From a virus, in IMG/VR virus record IMGVR_UViG_3300031227_000015: a DNA stretch of 64,000 nt, one strand, 5' to 3'. The translations under genes were made by a program, and so were the position numbers. Under the pieces are notes generated by a model that was not told the origin of the DNA, did not search any database, and saw nothing but the letters and a program-made list of their open reading frames with translations. Positions 48,258-58,306 of the stretch are shown one piece after another. Numbering within the stretch: the stretch's first letter is position 1; every line of letters begins with the position of its first letter.

Positions 48258-49358
48258 TTATCTTTTCTCTTCTTTGCTTCCAACACCTACTCTCAAAACG
48301 AGCAATCCTGATAGATCATCATTTACCGTTAAGGACATTTCATCCTCATCTTCATATTTCAAGATCATTGGTTCTGTGAATTGCATGTTTACGCTTACCC
48401 ATGTATTTGTTCCATCTGAACCACTACCTGATATTGTTGCATTACTAAAGGACATAATATCCAAAAATTGCTGGATTGAGAAAGAGGATGTTGTTTCCCC
48501 ATTTAATACCCTTTTATATGTCATTCCTGTTGATAATTTTGAAACTCCTAATAATGAATCATAAGGAATACTTGGGAATGTTCCATCTGATACAGTACCC
48601 GCATAGGCATCTGCTAATAATATCTGGAAGCTATTGACATGCAACCATGTTCCTTTTAGTGGTTTGAGAGAAAATTTGATAGGTTCAATTCCAACATCTA
48701 ATTCAAATTGTATAGTATCAAGAAAGTATTTAGGGGCTTTTCCTTCAGCTACGGTTTGTCTTACACGCAAAGCATCAAGGGTAGTATAATTAGCCAAATC
48801 ACCCATGTCTGTTAAAGGTACAGTTATTTTGTGCCATACCTTATACTCACTATATGTAAAGTAATTGGATAAATCTATAACATTTCCTACCTGTAAACCT
48901 GTACCTGTATCCCATCCATATACATCGATGACATCACCAGCTTTCCAATCCTTATCAACATAAATCCACAGTGTCAATGAAATATATAATGAACAATTCA
49001 GGTCACTAGCCTTTAAAAATTGAAATGTATCAGCAACAGGAGAATTATCAACTTTTACACTATGGGTTCCTTCATATGCTTGGTCCGTGCTATTGAAAGT
49101 AGTTTTACCACCACCAATAATATCGGTAGCTGTCCATAATACAGTATCAATTCCATTATGTACAGGTTCAGGGGAACCACTGGGTATAGCATCCTGATTC
49201 ATATCTATACCATAATCATCATTAGTGAAGAATCTGAGAACATTAGTATAGGTTTTTAGAGGACGAGTAGCTACTACTAATGCATTTTTTTCATCCCCAT
49301 CAACAACATTAGCTTTTAAACTTGTCCCCGGATCACTTATGTTTAATTTTACAGTCAT
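48258..49358 (-). CDS. Probable virion protein with carbohydrate-binding-like domain
   Basis: W..I.VPL.D, Y.D.IQF, VNDDLSGL. Confidence 0.5.
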   Translation of the reverse strand: MTVKLNISDPGTSLKANVVDGDEKNALVVATRPLKTYTNVLRFFTNDDYGIDMNQDAIPSGSPEPVHNGIDTVLWTATDIIGGGKTTFNSTDQAYEGTHSVKVDNSPVADTFQFLKASDLNCSLYISLTLWIYVDKDWKAGDVIDVYGWDTGTGLQVGNVIDLSNYFTYSEYKVWHKITVPLTDMGDLANYTTLDALRVRQTVAEGKAPKYFLDTIQFELDVGIEPIKFSLKPLKGTWLHVNSFQILLADAYAGTVSDGTFPSIPYDSLLGVSKLSTGMTYKRVLNGETTSSFSIQQFLDIMSFSNATISGSGSDGTNTWVSVNMQFTEPMILKYEDEDEMSLTVNDDLSGLLVLRVGVGSKEEKR

Positions 49359-49363
49359 AATAA

Positions 49364-49912
49364 TTAATCGTGGTATCCAAATCCAATATAACCTTCAACT
49401 ACAACTCCAGCTGTATCAACATATGCTGCAAAAGTTGAATTCTTTGGTAGTATAATATTAGAATCGGGTTTAAATTCTGTTGACCCTGCTGCCGCTATGA
49501 TCTTCAATACTTCAATATTAGTTCCTCCACTCAATCCCGTTATATCTACACCATGTTGAAATGTTCCTGTTGCTATATTACCACTTCCAGCATTCATATT
49601 AGCAGGAACAACATCTGAACCTCCAACAGGAGTACCAGTAACACCCAATTTCAATGTAATTTCACAGGCTCCACTTACAGCCACCATGGCACCATTAATA
49701 ATTAGATCCTTATCATCAGAGTTCTTAATATATACGATACAATCATCATTACCATCAGGATCTTTATCAAACAACATACGAAAAACCTCTCCATGAGCAT
49801 GATTGATATGGAAAAAGAGTACTTCTTCTACACATAAACATTCCAATTTATTTTCACTATTCACCTTTGCTTCATATGATTTACCCGTACCATCTACTAT
49901 TGATATTCCCAT
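49364..49912 (-). CDS. Probable virion protein
   Basis: I.DG.G..Y.A.V...N.L, P.N.N.GS; paralog of 49928. Confidence 0.5.
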   Translation of the reverse strand: MGISIVDGTGKSYEAKVNSENKLECLCVEEVLFFHINHAHGEVFRMLFDKDPDGNDDCIVYIKNSDDKDLIINGAMVAVSGACEITLKLGVTGTPVGGSDVVPANMNAGSGNIATGTFQHGVDITGLSGGTNIEVLKIIAAAGSTEFKPDSNIILPKNSTFAAYVDTAGVVVEGYIGFGYHD

Positions 49913-49927
49913 ATTTTATACCCCTCT

Positions 49928-50494
49928 TTATTCTATTGATTCGTGGAACATGACATTTATCCTTGTTTTAGTTCCTGTAGTCGCTGCATTACTTCTAAAA
50001 CCTATGACATTATTAGGACCCAATATAATAGCATCATAGAAATCAAGAACTATGGTTTGTACTCCATCCGTTCTTACAGTGTATAAAGAATTTCCACCTG
50101 TTATATTCAAAAGTGTTCCATCAGCATCTTCTTTACAAGTAGTCTCGGAAGTCAGAGTAGAACCAAAATTAAGATTTACAGGTATTTTAGCAGCCCCTCC
50201 TGATACTGTGGGTGATTCCCATACACCAAATTTTCCCATTCCCGCATCTTCAGAAGAAATTGTTACCTGCTTTACATTTAATCTGTTTGAACCCGTATAT
50301 TCAATATAACCACATCCAGCAACTACACCACCTACTGCTTGTGTGTGATGAAATTGTACTACAAAAGCTTTTTTATCATCTCTGGACGCATAATATATTC
50401 TTTCATTTACCCTTGCAGAAACCTCTAATCTATTTGAAGATGATACTCCAGCTAAATATGCACCTCCAGTTCCATCCTTTATCTGATCAGCCAT
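49928..50494 (-). CDS. Probable virion protein
   Basis: IKDGTG..Y.A.V...NRL, PVNLN.GS. Confidence 0.5.
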   Translation of the reverse strand: MADQIKDGTGGAYLAGVSSSNRLEVSARVNERIYYASRDDKKAFVVQFHHTQAVGGVVAGCGYIEYTGSNRLNVKQVTISSEDAGMGKFGVWESPTVSGGAAKIPVNLNFGSTLTSETTCKEDADGTLLNITGGNSLYTVRTDGVQTIVLDFYDAIILGPNNVIGFRSNAATTGTKTRINVMFHESIE

Positions 50495-50495
50495 T

Positions 50496-50672
50496 TTATA
50501 CTTCCACCTCCGTATTTTCTATAACCATATCTGTCAATATCATGTTATGTAAATTCATTTTCTTCAATTCCTTCAGCATATTGGTAAGCAATTGTTGAGC
50601 ATCCCAATCAGATACTATTGCTTTATCTTGACCACCATCAACTTTTGTCGGTACATTGCTATAAATTATCAT
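50496..50672 (-). CDS. Small hypothetical protein (58 aa, absent from the ORF track)
   Basis: ATG overlaps the Hsp20 stop; ..QLLTNMLKELKKMNLH.. Confidence 0.5.
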   Translation of the reverse strand: MIIYSNVPTKVDGGQDKAIVSDWDAQQLLTNMLKELKKMNLHNMILTDMVIENTEVEV

Positions 50673-51241
50673 TTTGCTATTTTAACCTCTAATATACCAT
50701 TCTTATATGTCCATTCCATATTATCACCTACACCATCAGACAATAATATCTCTTTCTGATACTTCTTAGCATTCAAATTCAATACATCACCCTTTAATTC
50801 TAACTCTATATCAGATTCTTCAACGCCAGGCATCTCAATTATCACTATTGTTTGATCTTCCTCAGTGAATATATCAATTATAGGTTCCTTTACTTCTTCC
50901 ACTGATGGACCTTTGTTACTACCACCTTTAGTAAATTTGGGTTTGAATGAAGCACTGTTTCCTTTACTTCCTCCACCCATAGGTCTTGTTCTACTACCAC
51001 TATTTATACTGAATGATCCAGCTAATTTACCAAGGTTAAACACATTTTCACCTCTCTCACCTAATACTTTCTTAGCTTCTTCTAATCTCTCAATCTGTTC
51101 CTCTGAAAGGTTACCTGACGCTTTACCTAATTTAGTTGCTGCATCCACTAACTTATCCAAGCCCAATTTACCCAATATATCTTCACCAAACATATCCTTT
51201 ATATTTATACCAATATCACCAATATCATCCTTTTTAGACAT
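50669..51241 (-). CDS. Hsp20/alpha-crystallin small heat-shock protein
   Basis: EPIIDIF.EED...VIIEMPGVE..DI, YKNGILEV. Confidence 0.88.
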   Translation of the reverse strand: MSKKDDIGDIGINIKDMFGEDILGKLGLDKLVDAATKLGKASGNLSEEQIERLEEAKKVLGERGENVFNLGKLAGSFSINSGSRTRPMGGGSKGNSASFKPKFTKGGSNKGPSVEEVKEPIIDIFTEEDQTIVIIEMPGVEESDIELELKGDVLNLNAKKYQKEILLSDGVGDNMEWTYKNGILEVKIAK

Positions 51242-51253
51242 TTTTTACCTCCT

Positions 51254-51481
51254 TTACATTTGCAGTTGTTTTAATTCTTTACTCAACCTTTCTATATGTT
51301 TATTGATTTTTTTAAGCGCCTTTTGATGGGCTTCATTATGAGGATAATTCTCTATAAGATTTTCAGCTTTATATTTTAAATCAAACCAATCTAATACATC
51401 ATCATGAATTTCTTTAGTCTTTACCCATAAATCAAGAGCAGGCGTTGATATCTTGTAATCTTCAATCATCTTTCTTATCAA
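51254..51481 (-). CDS. Hypothetical protein
   Basis: ORF in operon. Confidence 0.45.
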   Translation of the reverse strand: MIRKMIEDYKISTPALDLWVKTKEIHDDVLDWFDLKYKAENLIENYPHNEAHQKALKKINKHIERLSKELKQLQM

Positions 51482-52239
51482 CCTTACACTCTAAAGATTT
51501 TGAAGCCTTTAGCCTATTCCATAATTCTATAGACTTTTCATCGGCCCTTTCGTAGAATACTTCATCAGGATTCTTCAAGTTTATGTAATGACTAAGCTCA
51601 TGATACATAATAGGTCTGAATACTTCCCAATGCCCATATAGTTTCTTTGGTACAAACAATATTACCACATTCTTACCATTAGCCTTACCCATTGCCCATT
51701 GCCCCATCCAAACTATCCCTGTCCTCAGAGCGTCTACTTGCTATTACTCTAAGTTCAACATCCGGTATTTCTGGAAAGGCTTTTAGACATTCCAGAAATA
51801 TAGACTCCAATTCAGGCACATCTTCGTAATTAGTTTTCTCCATTAATAACGTCATGATACTGTTCTTCACCTCCACATTTGAAATTCCATATTTATAAGC
51901 TTCTGGTAATTTTGCAGTTGCTATATATTTTCTTTCAGCATCAGGTTTGGTAGTAATAAGGATCTCATTATCTGCTACCTGTATTACAAAACTGAGTGCA
52001 TTAGAAATACCAGGAAAATCACCTATCACTTCTAACTTCTCTGTACTGTCAAATAGGTCCAATTGTACTTCTTCAACAGCACGAACACCATTAAACGGCA
52101 TTATTTTCCTATTTGTTGGTTTCTTATATTGAAGTTTCCTATAAGGTGCTACTTTCTCTCTTTTAGATGAAGAAGTAGTTGGTCGTGTACTTCTCATAGC
52201 TGTATTTGGAGGAATACTTCTCAACATTTTTCTCCGCAT
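51462..52239 (-). pseudogene. Hsp20-like plus HExxH fusion gene frameshifted by a 7-nt duplication
   Basis: GCAATGG x2 at 51689-51702; removing one copy joins ..LDGAMG to KANGKNVV..YHELSH. Confidence 0.6.
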
Positions 52240-52524
52240 GATTCACAACAATCCTTATCAGAGCAATCACCATCACACTCTCCTATTATCTCTTCTTCTG
52301 ATACCACAACATCTACTTCTTCTATATCATCTAACAAATCATTGATATTCATGAACATTACTCCTCACCAAATTTTAAAGAACCTGTTAATTTACTTTTC
52401 TTCTTCTTTTTCTTCTTCTTTGGTTTACCTATAAGATCAATTTCACCTTCTCCCCTATTCACAGCAACATCACCTGTTACGGTGGTTTCATCCAATACCA
52501 TATCTATTTTGTTCAATAAATTTC

Positions 52525-53076
52525 TCATTTTAATACACCCCTCATTGCCTTCTCAAAAGTATCTAATGCCTTAATTTCCTTTTCGGTCCCACCCATCCTA
52601 TCTAAAACCTTCCTTACATACCTCAATTCCTTTTTAATGTATTCAATATCTTCATACCAGTAGTTTATGGTAGCAATTTCTATTCCAAATACTGATTGTA
52701 TGATATGCCTTATATGTGCTGTTAATCCTATAGATACTTTATCGAGTTGCATCAACATTCCCATAACATCCTTTTTATTTATAGACTTAAACACATTCTT
52801 AGCATCCTTGACTAATTCCTTCCTTGATTCATTATCCCTTACATCCGTCATCATGAATAGAGTTGCATATCTCAATAAATCCTCAGTACCCTTTTCAGCA
52901 CCTCTGAAGTAATCTACAAGGCTTTTAGATTTCTTAACTCTGAAACCCATCTTCTTACCGGCAGATTTCAGCTTTTCAAAAGTATCATTACCCATTTCAT
53001 CTAATCGTAATAATTCACCAAGTCCTATATATTCACTTAGTATATTATCTTCATTTATGTAAGCCTGTAATCTCAT
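52525..53076 (-). CDS. Leader-bearing hypothetical protein
   Basis: MRLQAYINED. Confidence 0.6.
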   Translation of the reverse strand: MRLQAYINEDNILSEYIGLGELLRLDEMGNDTFEKLKSAGKKMGFRVKKSKSLVDYFRGAEKGTEDLLRYATLFMMTDVRDNESRKELVKDAKNVFKSINKKDVMGMLMQLDKVSIGLTAHIRHIIQSVFGIEIATINYWYEDIEYIKKELRYVRKVLDRMGGTEKEIKALDTFEKAMRGVLK

Positions 53077-53570
53077 TAATCTACCTTTATATCCCTTAAT
53101 AAAAATTCCAATTTGTCTGATAGTTTCTTATCTATTATTTGTTCTTGTTTTGCTATATCCATTTGATTATTTATAGTATCAGTAATAGAATCTCTCACAA
53201 ACATATATGATATTGCCATAAGTGCAAAAGCGACACATACAACAGTTATCATAGTTGTAACCCTTTTAGTTAAGGTTGATATCTTTTTACTTATACCACT
53301 CAATTCATCCTTACTATCCTCTATATCTCTTATAGGATCTGATGTATTTTGTCTATGATCATCTAAACAGTCCTGTAATTCATTTATTAATCTAACTATA
53401 TCACTATGAGAGGGAGAAGAGGAGGAATTAAACAACTCTCTAATAGTTGATGATAATCCTTCTATTTGTTTATCTGATTTGTCTGAAGAATCTTTAACTT
53501 GATCGAATAATCTTAAAATTATTTCAATATTTTCATTTTCCATATTTATTACTTCCTTATCTGCAATCAA
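53076..53570 (-). CDS. Coiled-coil single-TM protein
   Basis: Hydrophobic helix MITVVCVAFALMAISYMFV. Confidence 0.55.
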   Translation of the reverse strand: MIADKEVINMENENIEIILRLFDQVKDSSDKSDKQIEGLSSTIRELFNSSSSPSHSDIVRLINELQDCLDDHRQNTSDPIRDIEDSKDELSGISKKISTLTKRVTTMITVVCVAFALMAISYMFVRDSITDTINNQMDIAKQEQIIDKKLSDKLEFLLRDIKVD

Positions 53571-53967
53571 CTATAGAATTCAACGTAATCAGTAATAAAT
53601 TGAGGTCTATGGGTTTAGTGTGTAGAGCAACCACACCTAAAAGCGTCATTTCTTCTTTAATTTCAGGGGACATATAACCACTTACAACCACAGTTTTACA
53701 AGGTTCTAAATATTTCTCTATAAAATCAAAAGTATTAAAATTTACTATTTCCTTTTCTTCAGCATTCAAAGGAACCTTTAGGTCGCATAAAAAACAATTC
53801 CAATAATCAATACCATTATCTTTAATTGCATTTACGGCTTCCTCTATATTATGGTATATGTTTACTTGGCATATATTAGTAGTCTTAAAAAAATTTATAT
53901 AGATGTTACATATATCTATATCATCTTCTAATATGAAAATCTTTTTATTCATCATATAAGGTCCCAT
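53557..53967 (-). CDS. Stand-alone response-regulator receiver domain
   Basis: IFILEDD, CDLKVP (phospho-acceptor Asp), VSG, TKP. Confidence 0.8.
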   Translation of the reverse strand: MGPYMMNKKIFILEDDIDICNIYINFFKTTNICQVNIYHNIEEAVNAIKDNGIDYWNCFLCDLKVPLNAEEKEIVNFNTFDFIEKYLEPCKTVVVSGYMSPEIKEEMTLLGVVALHTKPIDLNLLLITLNSIVDCR

Positions 53968-54421
53968 TATCTGTAAGGTTTAGCATTGCATACATTTCTT
54001 GATTATTTTCTCTTAGTCTGTTGAATCTTTCTTCTTTTTCCTCCTTCCATTTGATTATTTTTCCATCTAATATTTTCGATAGTTTAATTTCATTATTTTT
54101 ATTTTCTGTGATATCGTTAGCTATTACCAATGTACAATCATAACAATCATAACCATCCTGATACACTGGTAAAATGGAAAATTCTAACCATACACTATTA
54201 TCATTAAATTTTAATTCTACTATTCCATTTTTTTCACTATCATTAGTCTCAACAGGACATTCAATACTATCATTAGCACTAAATTTTTTAAATAATTCAA
54301 AAGCTGTTTTATTAGCAAAGATAAGATTATCATCCTTATCCTTTACCCATATTATATAATGAATATTGTCCATCACTCCTGAGATATACTCGCACCTTTC
54401 AATACCTTTTAGTAATGCCAT
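53945..54421 (-). CDS. PAS-domain protein
   Basis: IWVKD.D..LIFANK...W.E....P...DITE. Confidence 0.75.
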   Translation of the reverse strand: MALLKGIERCEYISGVMDNIHYIIWVKDKDDNLIFANKTAFELFKKFSANDSIECPVETNDSEKNGIVELKFNDNSVWLEFSILPVYQDGYDCYDCTLVIANDITENKNNEIKLSKILDGKIIKWKEEKEERFNRLRENNQEMYAMLNLTDNGTLYDE

Positions 54422-55090
54422 TTATTTAATCTCCTTGAGTTTTCCTGAAGGTAGAACAAGCAATCCATAGAAGGATATTACAGGGAATGTTTCACCGTCA
54501 GGAATATGATGTTTTTCTCTAACTCTATTTATGATGTCTTGGGGTAAGGTTTGCTCTATTGATAGGAATTTTTTGATGTTAGTCATATCGTCGTCTAAGA
54601 GTCTACAACGTCTGTATTCACCTGATTCTAAATATTTCATTATAGTTTTTTTCTTTTGGCCTGATATACTTGTTGTACCTTCAGGTGAAAATTCTACATC
54701 AATTTTATCTATCGGCAAACCAACCTTTTTGAATGCAGCTTTGAATTTCTTCATATCTTTAAATCTTGATCGAGCCGTTAGTAGTACTACCTTTGATTCT
54801 CTGTAGTCTATATTCTTGAACATGCGTTTTACTCTATTTATAGTAGGTAGGATTGGTTTAGATGTATCATAAAATATAGAAGCATCTCTAAACTCAGAAT
54901 AATCATAACTCTCTCCAGGTTTGAGTTCATAGGTGTTGAATTCTTGATTAGAAAGTTTTTTGATTACTTTACCATCCTTTAGTACATAAATTTTAGCGAA
55001 TGTGTTGAAGAGCGTGCAATCTATATCGATAAAAGTGATACCGGCACCATATATTGAGCTTAATTCATTTAGGTGTTTCCGTAGTCTCAT
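54422..55090 (-). CDS. HAD-superfamily phosphatase with leader
   Basis: MRLRKHLNE; FIDIDCTLF, LLTAR, K, LLDDD..N. Confidence 0.8.
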   Translation of the reverse strand: MRLRKHLNELSSIYGAGITFIDIDCTLFNTFAKIYVLKDGKVIKKLSNQEFNTYELKPGESYDYSEFRDASIFYDTSKPILPTINRVKRMFKNIDYRESKVVLLTARSRFKDMKKFKAAFKKVGLPIDKIDVEFSPEGTTSISGQKKKTIMKYLESGEYRRCRLLDDDMTNIKKFLSIEQTLPQDIINRVREKHHIPDGETFPVISFYGLLVLPSGKLKEIK

Positions 55091-55094
55091 TTGT

Positions 55095-55514
55095 TTATTC
55101 TCTCCATTGTTTTAAGGGGGTGTCTATTTCTATATATTTATTGACCCATTTAAATTTTTCTCTGAATTCATCCAAAGCGTTATAATCCATATCAAAATAA
55201 GCACTCATTTGGTCTGAATTAACCATTACATATTTTCCACCTTTCTTTATAGCAACACCTTCAAAAACAATACCTTTTTGTGATAATTTAATCTCATCAT
55301 CTTTACCTGATATTTCTTTCCAAGCATCTTTATGTATACAATTAGCAGCACCCCATACATATAATTTCTTTGTTTTATTATCAGCTATAAATCTAACACC
55401 AAAATCATTAGCATCCCCCATTTCTTTAAAAGTGGGGTTTACAAAAATATCATATCTTAAATCATGAAATTTACCTCTCATTAAATATTTTTCTATCAAA
55501 TAATCCAAATGCAT
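55095..55514 (-). CDS. Hypothetical protein, paralog of 25041
   Basis: IFVNPT..E...VRFIADNKTKKLYVW. Confidence 0.55.
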   Translation of the reverse strand: MHLDYLIEKYLMRGKFHDLRYDIFVNPTFKEMGDANDFGVRFIADNKTKKLYVWGAANCIHKDAWKEISGKDDEIKLSQKGIVFEGVAIKKGGKYVMVNSDQMSAYFDMDYNALDEFREKFKWVNKYIEIDTPLKQWRE

Positions 55515-55541
55515 ATAAAATTCCCCTAATCAATACTTTAT

Positions 55542-55582
55542 TATTTATATTTATACTTTAAATATAAATAGATATATAAATA
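55542..55582. promoter_or_regulatory. Divergent T4-type late promoters
   Basis: TATAAATA on minus (55542, 55548) and plus (55563, 55575) between divergent gene blocks. Confidence 0.6.
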
Positions 55583-55602
55583 TAAAAGTAGGAGGGATTA
55601 TA

Positions 55603-56157
55603 ATGAGGTTCCAAGAATATTTAACAAGTGAAGGATTGCTTGTAGAGAATATCTTTCAAAAATATATGAAAAAACTGTCCAATAAGTCATCTAAGGTAGT
55701 AGAAAAATTGATGAAGGATAGTTGGATTAAGTTAGCAATCATATTAAAATCAAATCAATTAGAAAAAGATGCCCTTGATATAATTAACAAGCATTTCAAA
55801 ACCAATTATAGGAATTTAGATCAGGTAAGTAAAGCCAAAATAGCAAAAATGCCTACTAAGGGTGTGTATGAAGAGGAAATGCTAGTAGAGGATTTTAAGA
55901 ATTATTGGAAATTTTTAAAGGATCAGTTATTTCCAACACTTGCATTTTGGCCAGCATTAAAAATTTGGCTTGAAATTGATAAACTTGTTGCTGGATCAGG
56001 TGGAGCTGATTTCCAAACTATAGGAATTTATGCAATATTTTGGGTATTTCTTGTAAGTGGTAAATTTGTAGGTTCTTGGAATGAATGGAAAAAGGAAAAT
56101 TCAAAAGAATATGAAAAGGAAGGTAGTAGGAAAAATCCTTTTGCTGTAAAGAAATAG
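55603..56157 (+). CDS. Leader-bearing protein with hydrophobic C-terminal segments
   Basis: MRFQEYLTSE. Confidence 0.6.
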   Translation: MRFQEYLTSEGLLVENIFQKYMKKLSNKSSKVVEKLMKDSWIKLAIILKSNQLEKDALDIINKHFKTNYRNLDQVSKAKIAKMPTKGVYEEEMLVEDFKNYWKFLKDQLFPTLAFWPALKIWLEIDKLVAGSGGADFQTIGIYAIFWVFLVSGKFVGSWNEWKKENSKEYEKEGSRKNPFAVKK

Positions 56158-56242
56158 GAGGACAGGGTTTGATCACCTTGGTTAGATACCACTTTATCTA
56201 ACCTAACTCCTTAAAGTATAAATCTAAGTGGAGGTTAATATT
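56156..56242 (+). promoter_or_regulatory. Three-way-junction cis RNA with RBS pseudoknot (copy B)
   Basis: AGGAG-GA-CAG..GGTTAGATA-CCACTT-TATCTAACC-TAA-CTCCT; loop pairs with AAGTGG at the RBS. Confidence 0.7.
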
Positions 56243-57040
56243 ATGAAGATATGTTGGGATAATTTAGAAGAACTAAGGTATAATAAGAAAACGGGTAAAT
56301 GGTATAAAGGAAAGGGACCTACAACTTACATTTATAAAGAATCTTGTAAAAATTGTGGAGAACCATTTTTAGCACAACCACATACAAAAGGAAAATATTG
56401 TAGTAATAGATGTCATTGTTTAGATGATAGTTCATCAAAAGAATGTTCAAAAGAATGTTCAAAAATATTAAGTATTATAGCATTAGAAAGGTATAAAAAT
56501 CCTGAAAACCACCCTAGTTGGAAAGGAGGATATGCTTCTAACAATATACCGATGTATGATACCTATGCTCCTCAGATAGAATGGTGTGAGGAAGTAAGGA
56601 GGAATAAAGAAGACCTAAATATATTAGAAGTGAGATGTACTTATTGTGGTAAATGGTATATATCCACACCTCAAAATATATGTGATAGAGTAAGATGTAT
56701 TAATGGTTATAATAAAGGACAATGGGAAGGGAGACTTTATTGTTCTAATCAATGTAAACAAGAATGTCCAATACATGGGCAAGTAAAGTATACTAAAGGA
56801 TTTAAAATTAATACATCCAGGGAAGTTCAACCAGAATTAAGGCAATTAGTATTAGAGAGAGATGGATATAAATGTGTTAAATGTGGTTCTACTAAATCAT
56901 TACATTGCCATCATATAACTGGAGTAGAAATAAATCCTATTGAAAGTGCTGATATTGACAATTGCATTACTTTTTGCAAGGAATGCCATAATAAAATACA
57001 TAAACAAAAAGAATGTAATATGAGAAGGAAGAAATGCTAA
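56243..57040 (+). CDS. HNH endonuclease with zinc fingers
   Basis: VLERDGYKCVKCG....LHCHHI......N..T.CKECHNKIH; NHPSWKGG. Confidence 0.88.
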   Translation: MKICWDNLEELRYNKKTGKWYKGKGPTTYIYKESCKNCGEPFLAQPHTKGKYCSNRCHCLDDSSSKECSKECSKILSIIALERYKNPENHPSWKGGYASNNIPMYDTYAPQIEWCEEVRRNKEDLNILEVRCTYCGKWYISTPQNICDRVRCINGYNKGQWEGRLYCSNQCKQECPIHGQVKYTKGFKINTSREVQPELRQLVLERDGYKCVKCGSTKSLHCHHITGVEINPIESADIDNCITFCKECHNKIHKQKECNMRRKKC

Positions 57041-57056
57041 AAAGGAAAAATAAATA

Positions 57057-57257
57057 ATGTTGATAGAAGAAATAGATAAATACTTAGTACAGGTTGACAG
57101 AATAGATACTGTAAACTCAATAGGTATAATGGATATAGAAGAGATTGTAGAGTTTATTACCGATTCTACAGATGAATATAAGAATAAAATATTAGGGATG
57201 CTTGATATAAATAAAAGAAAGGAAGTAGAAAAGTTAATAGAAGGAGGAGTACTATAA
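57057..57257 (+). CDS. Hypothetical protein
   Basis: IDKYL leader-like start. Confidence 0.5.
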   Translation: MLIEEIDKYLVQVDRIDTVNSIGIMDIEEIVEFITDSTDEYKNKILGMLDINKRKEVEKLIEGGVL

Positions 57258-57694
57258 TGGCAAATGATAGAGTGTTAGACCAACTTGATACGTTATTGGG
57301 TGGTAGAAATGATAATGGGATGTTCGGAAATAAACCCGTGTTCGAACAAGAAATGTTTGATAAGATGTATGATTTTATCGTTTCTCTTGAACCTGACCAG
57401 CTTACAGAAGAACAGGCCAATGATGTAATGGGTATAATTGAAGAAATTGAAATTGAGTATGAAGGGGTTGATGAAGACGAAGATGATTTAGATGAAGCTC
57501 CTAAAAGAGTAAAAAGAAATCGTTCAGCTGCTAGAAAAAGGGCAAAAGCCTATAGACGCAATAAAAGTACAAGAAAAAGGGCAGCTAAGAAGTATAGAAA
57601 GAGCTCAAGAGGAAAACAGATGGCTAAGAAATCAAAGAGAATGTCTAAAAGAGGTAAAACAGCCACGGGTAAGCGGATTCGTCAATATAGATAA
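57257..57694 (+). CDS. Acidic/basic bipartite protein (prohead-core-like)
   Basis: Acidic N-half, LDEA, then a very K/R-rich tail. Confidence 0.5.
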   Translation: MANDRVLDQLDTLLGGRNDNGMFGNKPVFEQEMFDKMYDFIVSLEPDQLTEEQANDVMGIIEEIEIEYEGVDEDEDDLDEAPKRVKRNRSAARKRAKAYRRNKSTRKRAAKKYRKSSRGKQMAKKSKRMSKRGKTATGKRIRQYR

Positions 57695-58155
57695 TGAAGG
57701 ATCTTAAAGATGTCAGGAAACATGGGCAGTTCATACCCCATGATCCTAAAAAATATGTGGGTAGATATCCAATAATAGCAAGATCTTCCTGGGAACGAGT
57801 ATTCTTCCAATGGTGCGATGCCAATTCTTCTATAGTTGAATGGTCCTCTGAGTCTGTTATTATACCTTACTTTGACCCGATTAAACAAAAAAGAAGAAGG
57901 TATTTTCCCGATGTCTATATGCTTGTGAAAGGTAAGGATAATAAGTTACAACAGTTCATAATCGAAATTAAACCATTCAAGGAGTGTAGACCGCCTACTA
58001 ATAGAGGAAGAAAGACTAAAAAGACACTACTCTATGAGAATAGTACATGGGCTACAAATAATGCTAAATGGATAGCAGCAACAAAATGGTGTAAAAAGAT
58101 GGGAATGGTGTTTAAGATTGTAACTGAAAAGGAATTATTCGGTAAAAGGAGTTAA
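57694..58155 (+). CDS. gp4: Head completion nuclease (T4 gp4-like)
   Basis: P.KY.G, RSSWE, WSSE...IPY, RYFPD, IEIKP, N.AKW.AA, TE..L. Confidence 0.9.
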   Translation: MKDLKDVRKHGQFIPHDPKKYVGRYPIIARSSWERVFFQWCDANSSIVEWSSESVIIPYFDPIKQKRRRYFPDVYMLVKGKDNKLQQFIIEIKPFKECRPPTNRGRKTKKTLLYENSTWATNNAKWIAATKWCKKMGMVFKIVTEKELFGKRS

Positions 58156-58306
58156 ATATGAATAGATCAATGGAAAAAGCGATGGAAAAGGTCACAGGTA
58201 TAAAATACAAAAAAATTATATCTTCCAATGATTTATTTTCCGATGATCAGTTGGATGAAATTTTAAAAGATCTTGAAAATGATGAGGAAAGGGTAGATAA
58301 TGATCA

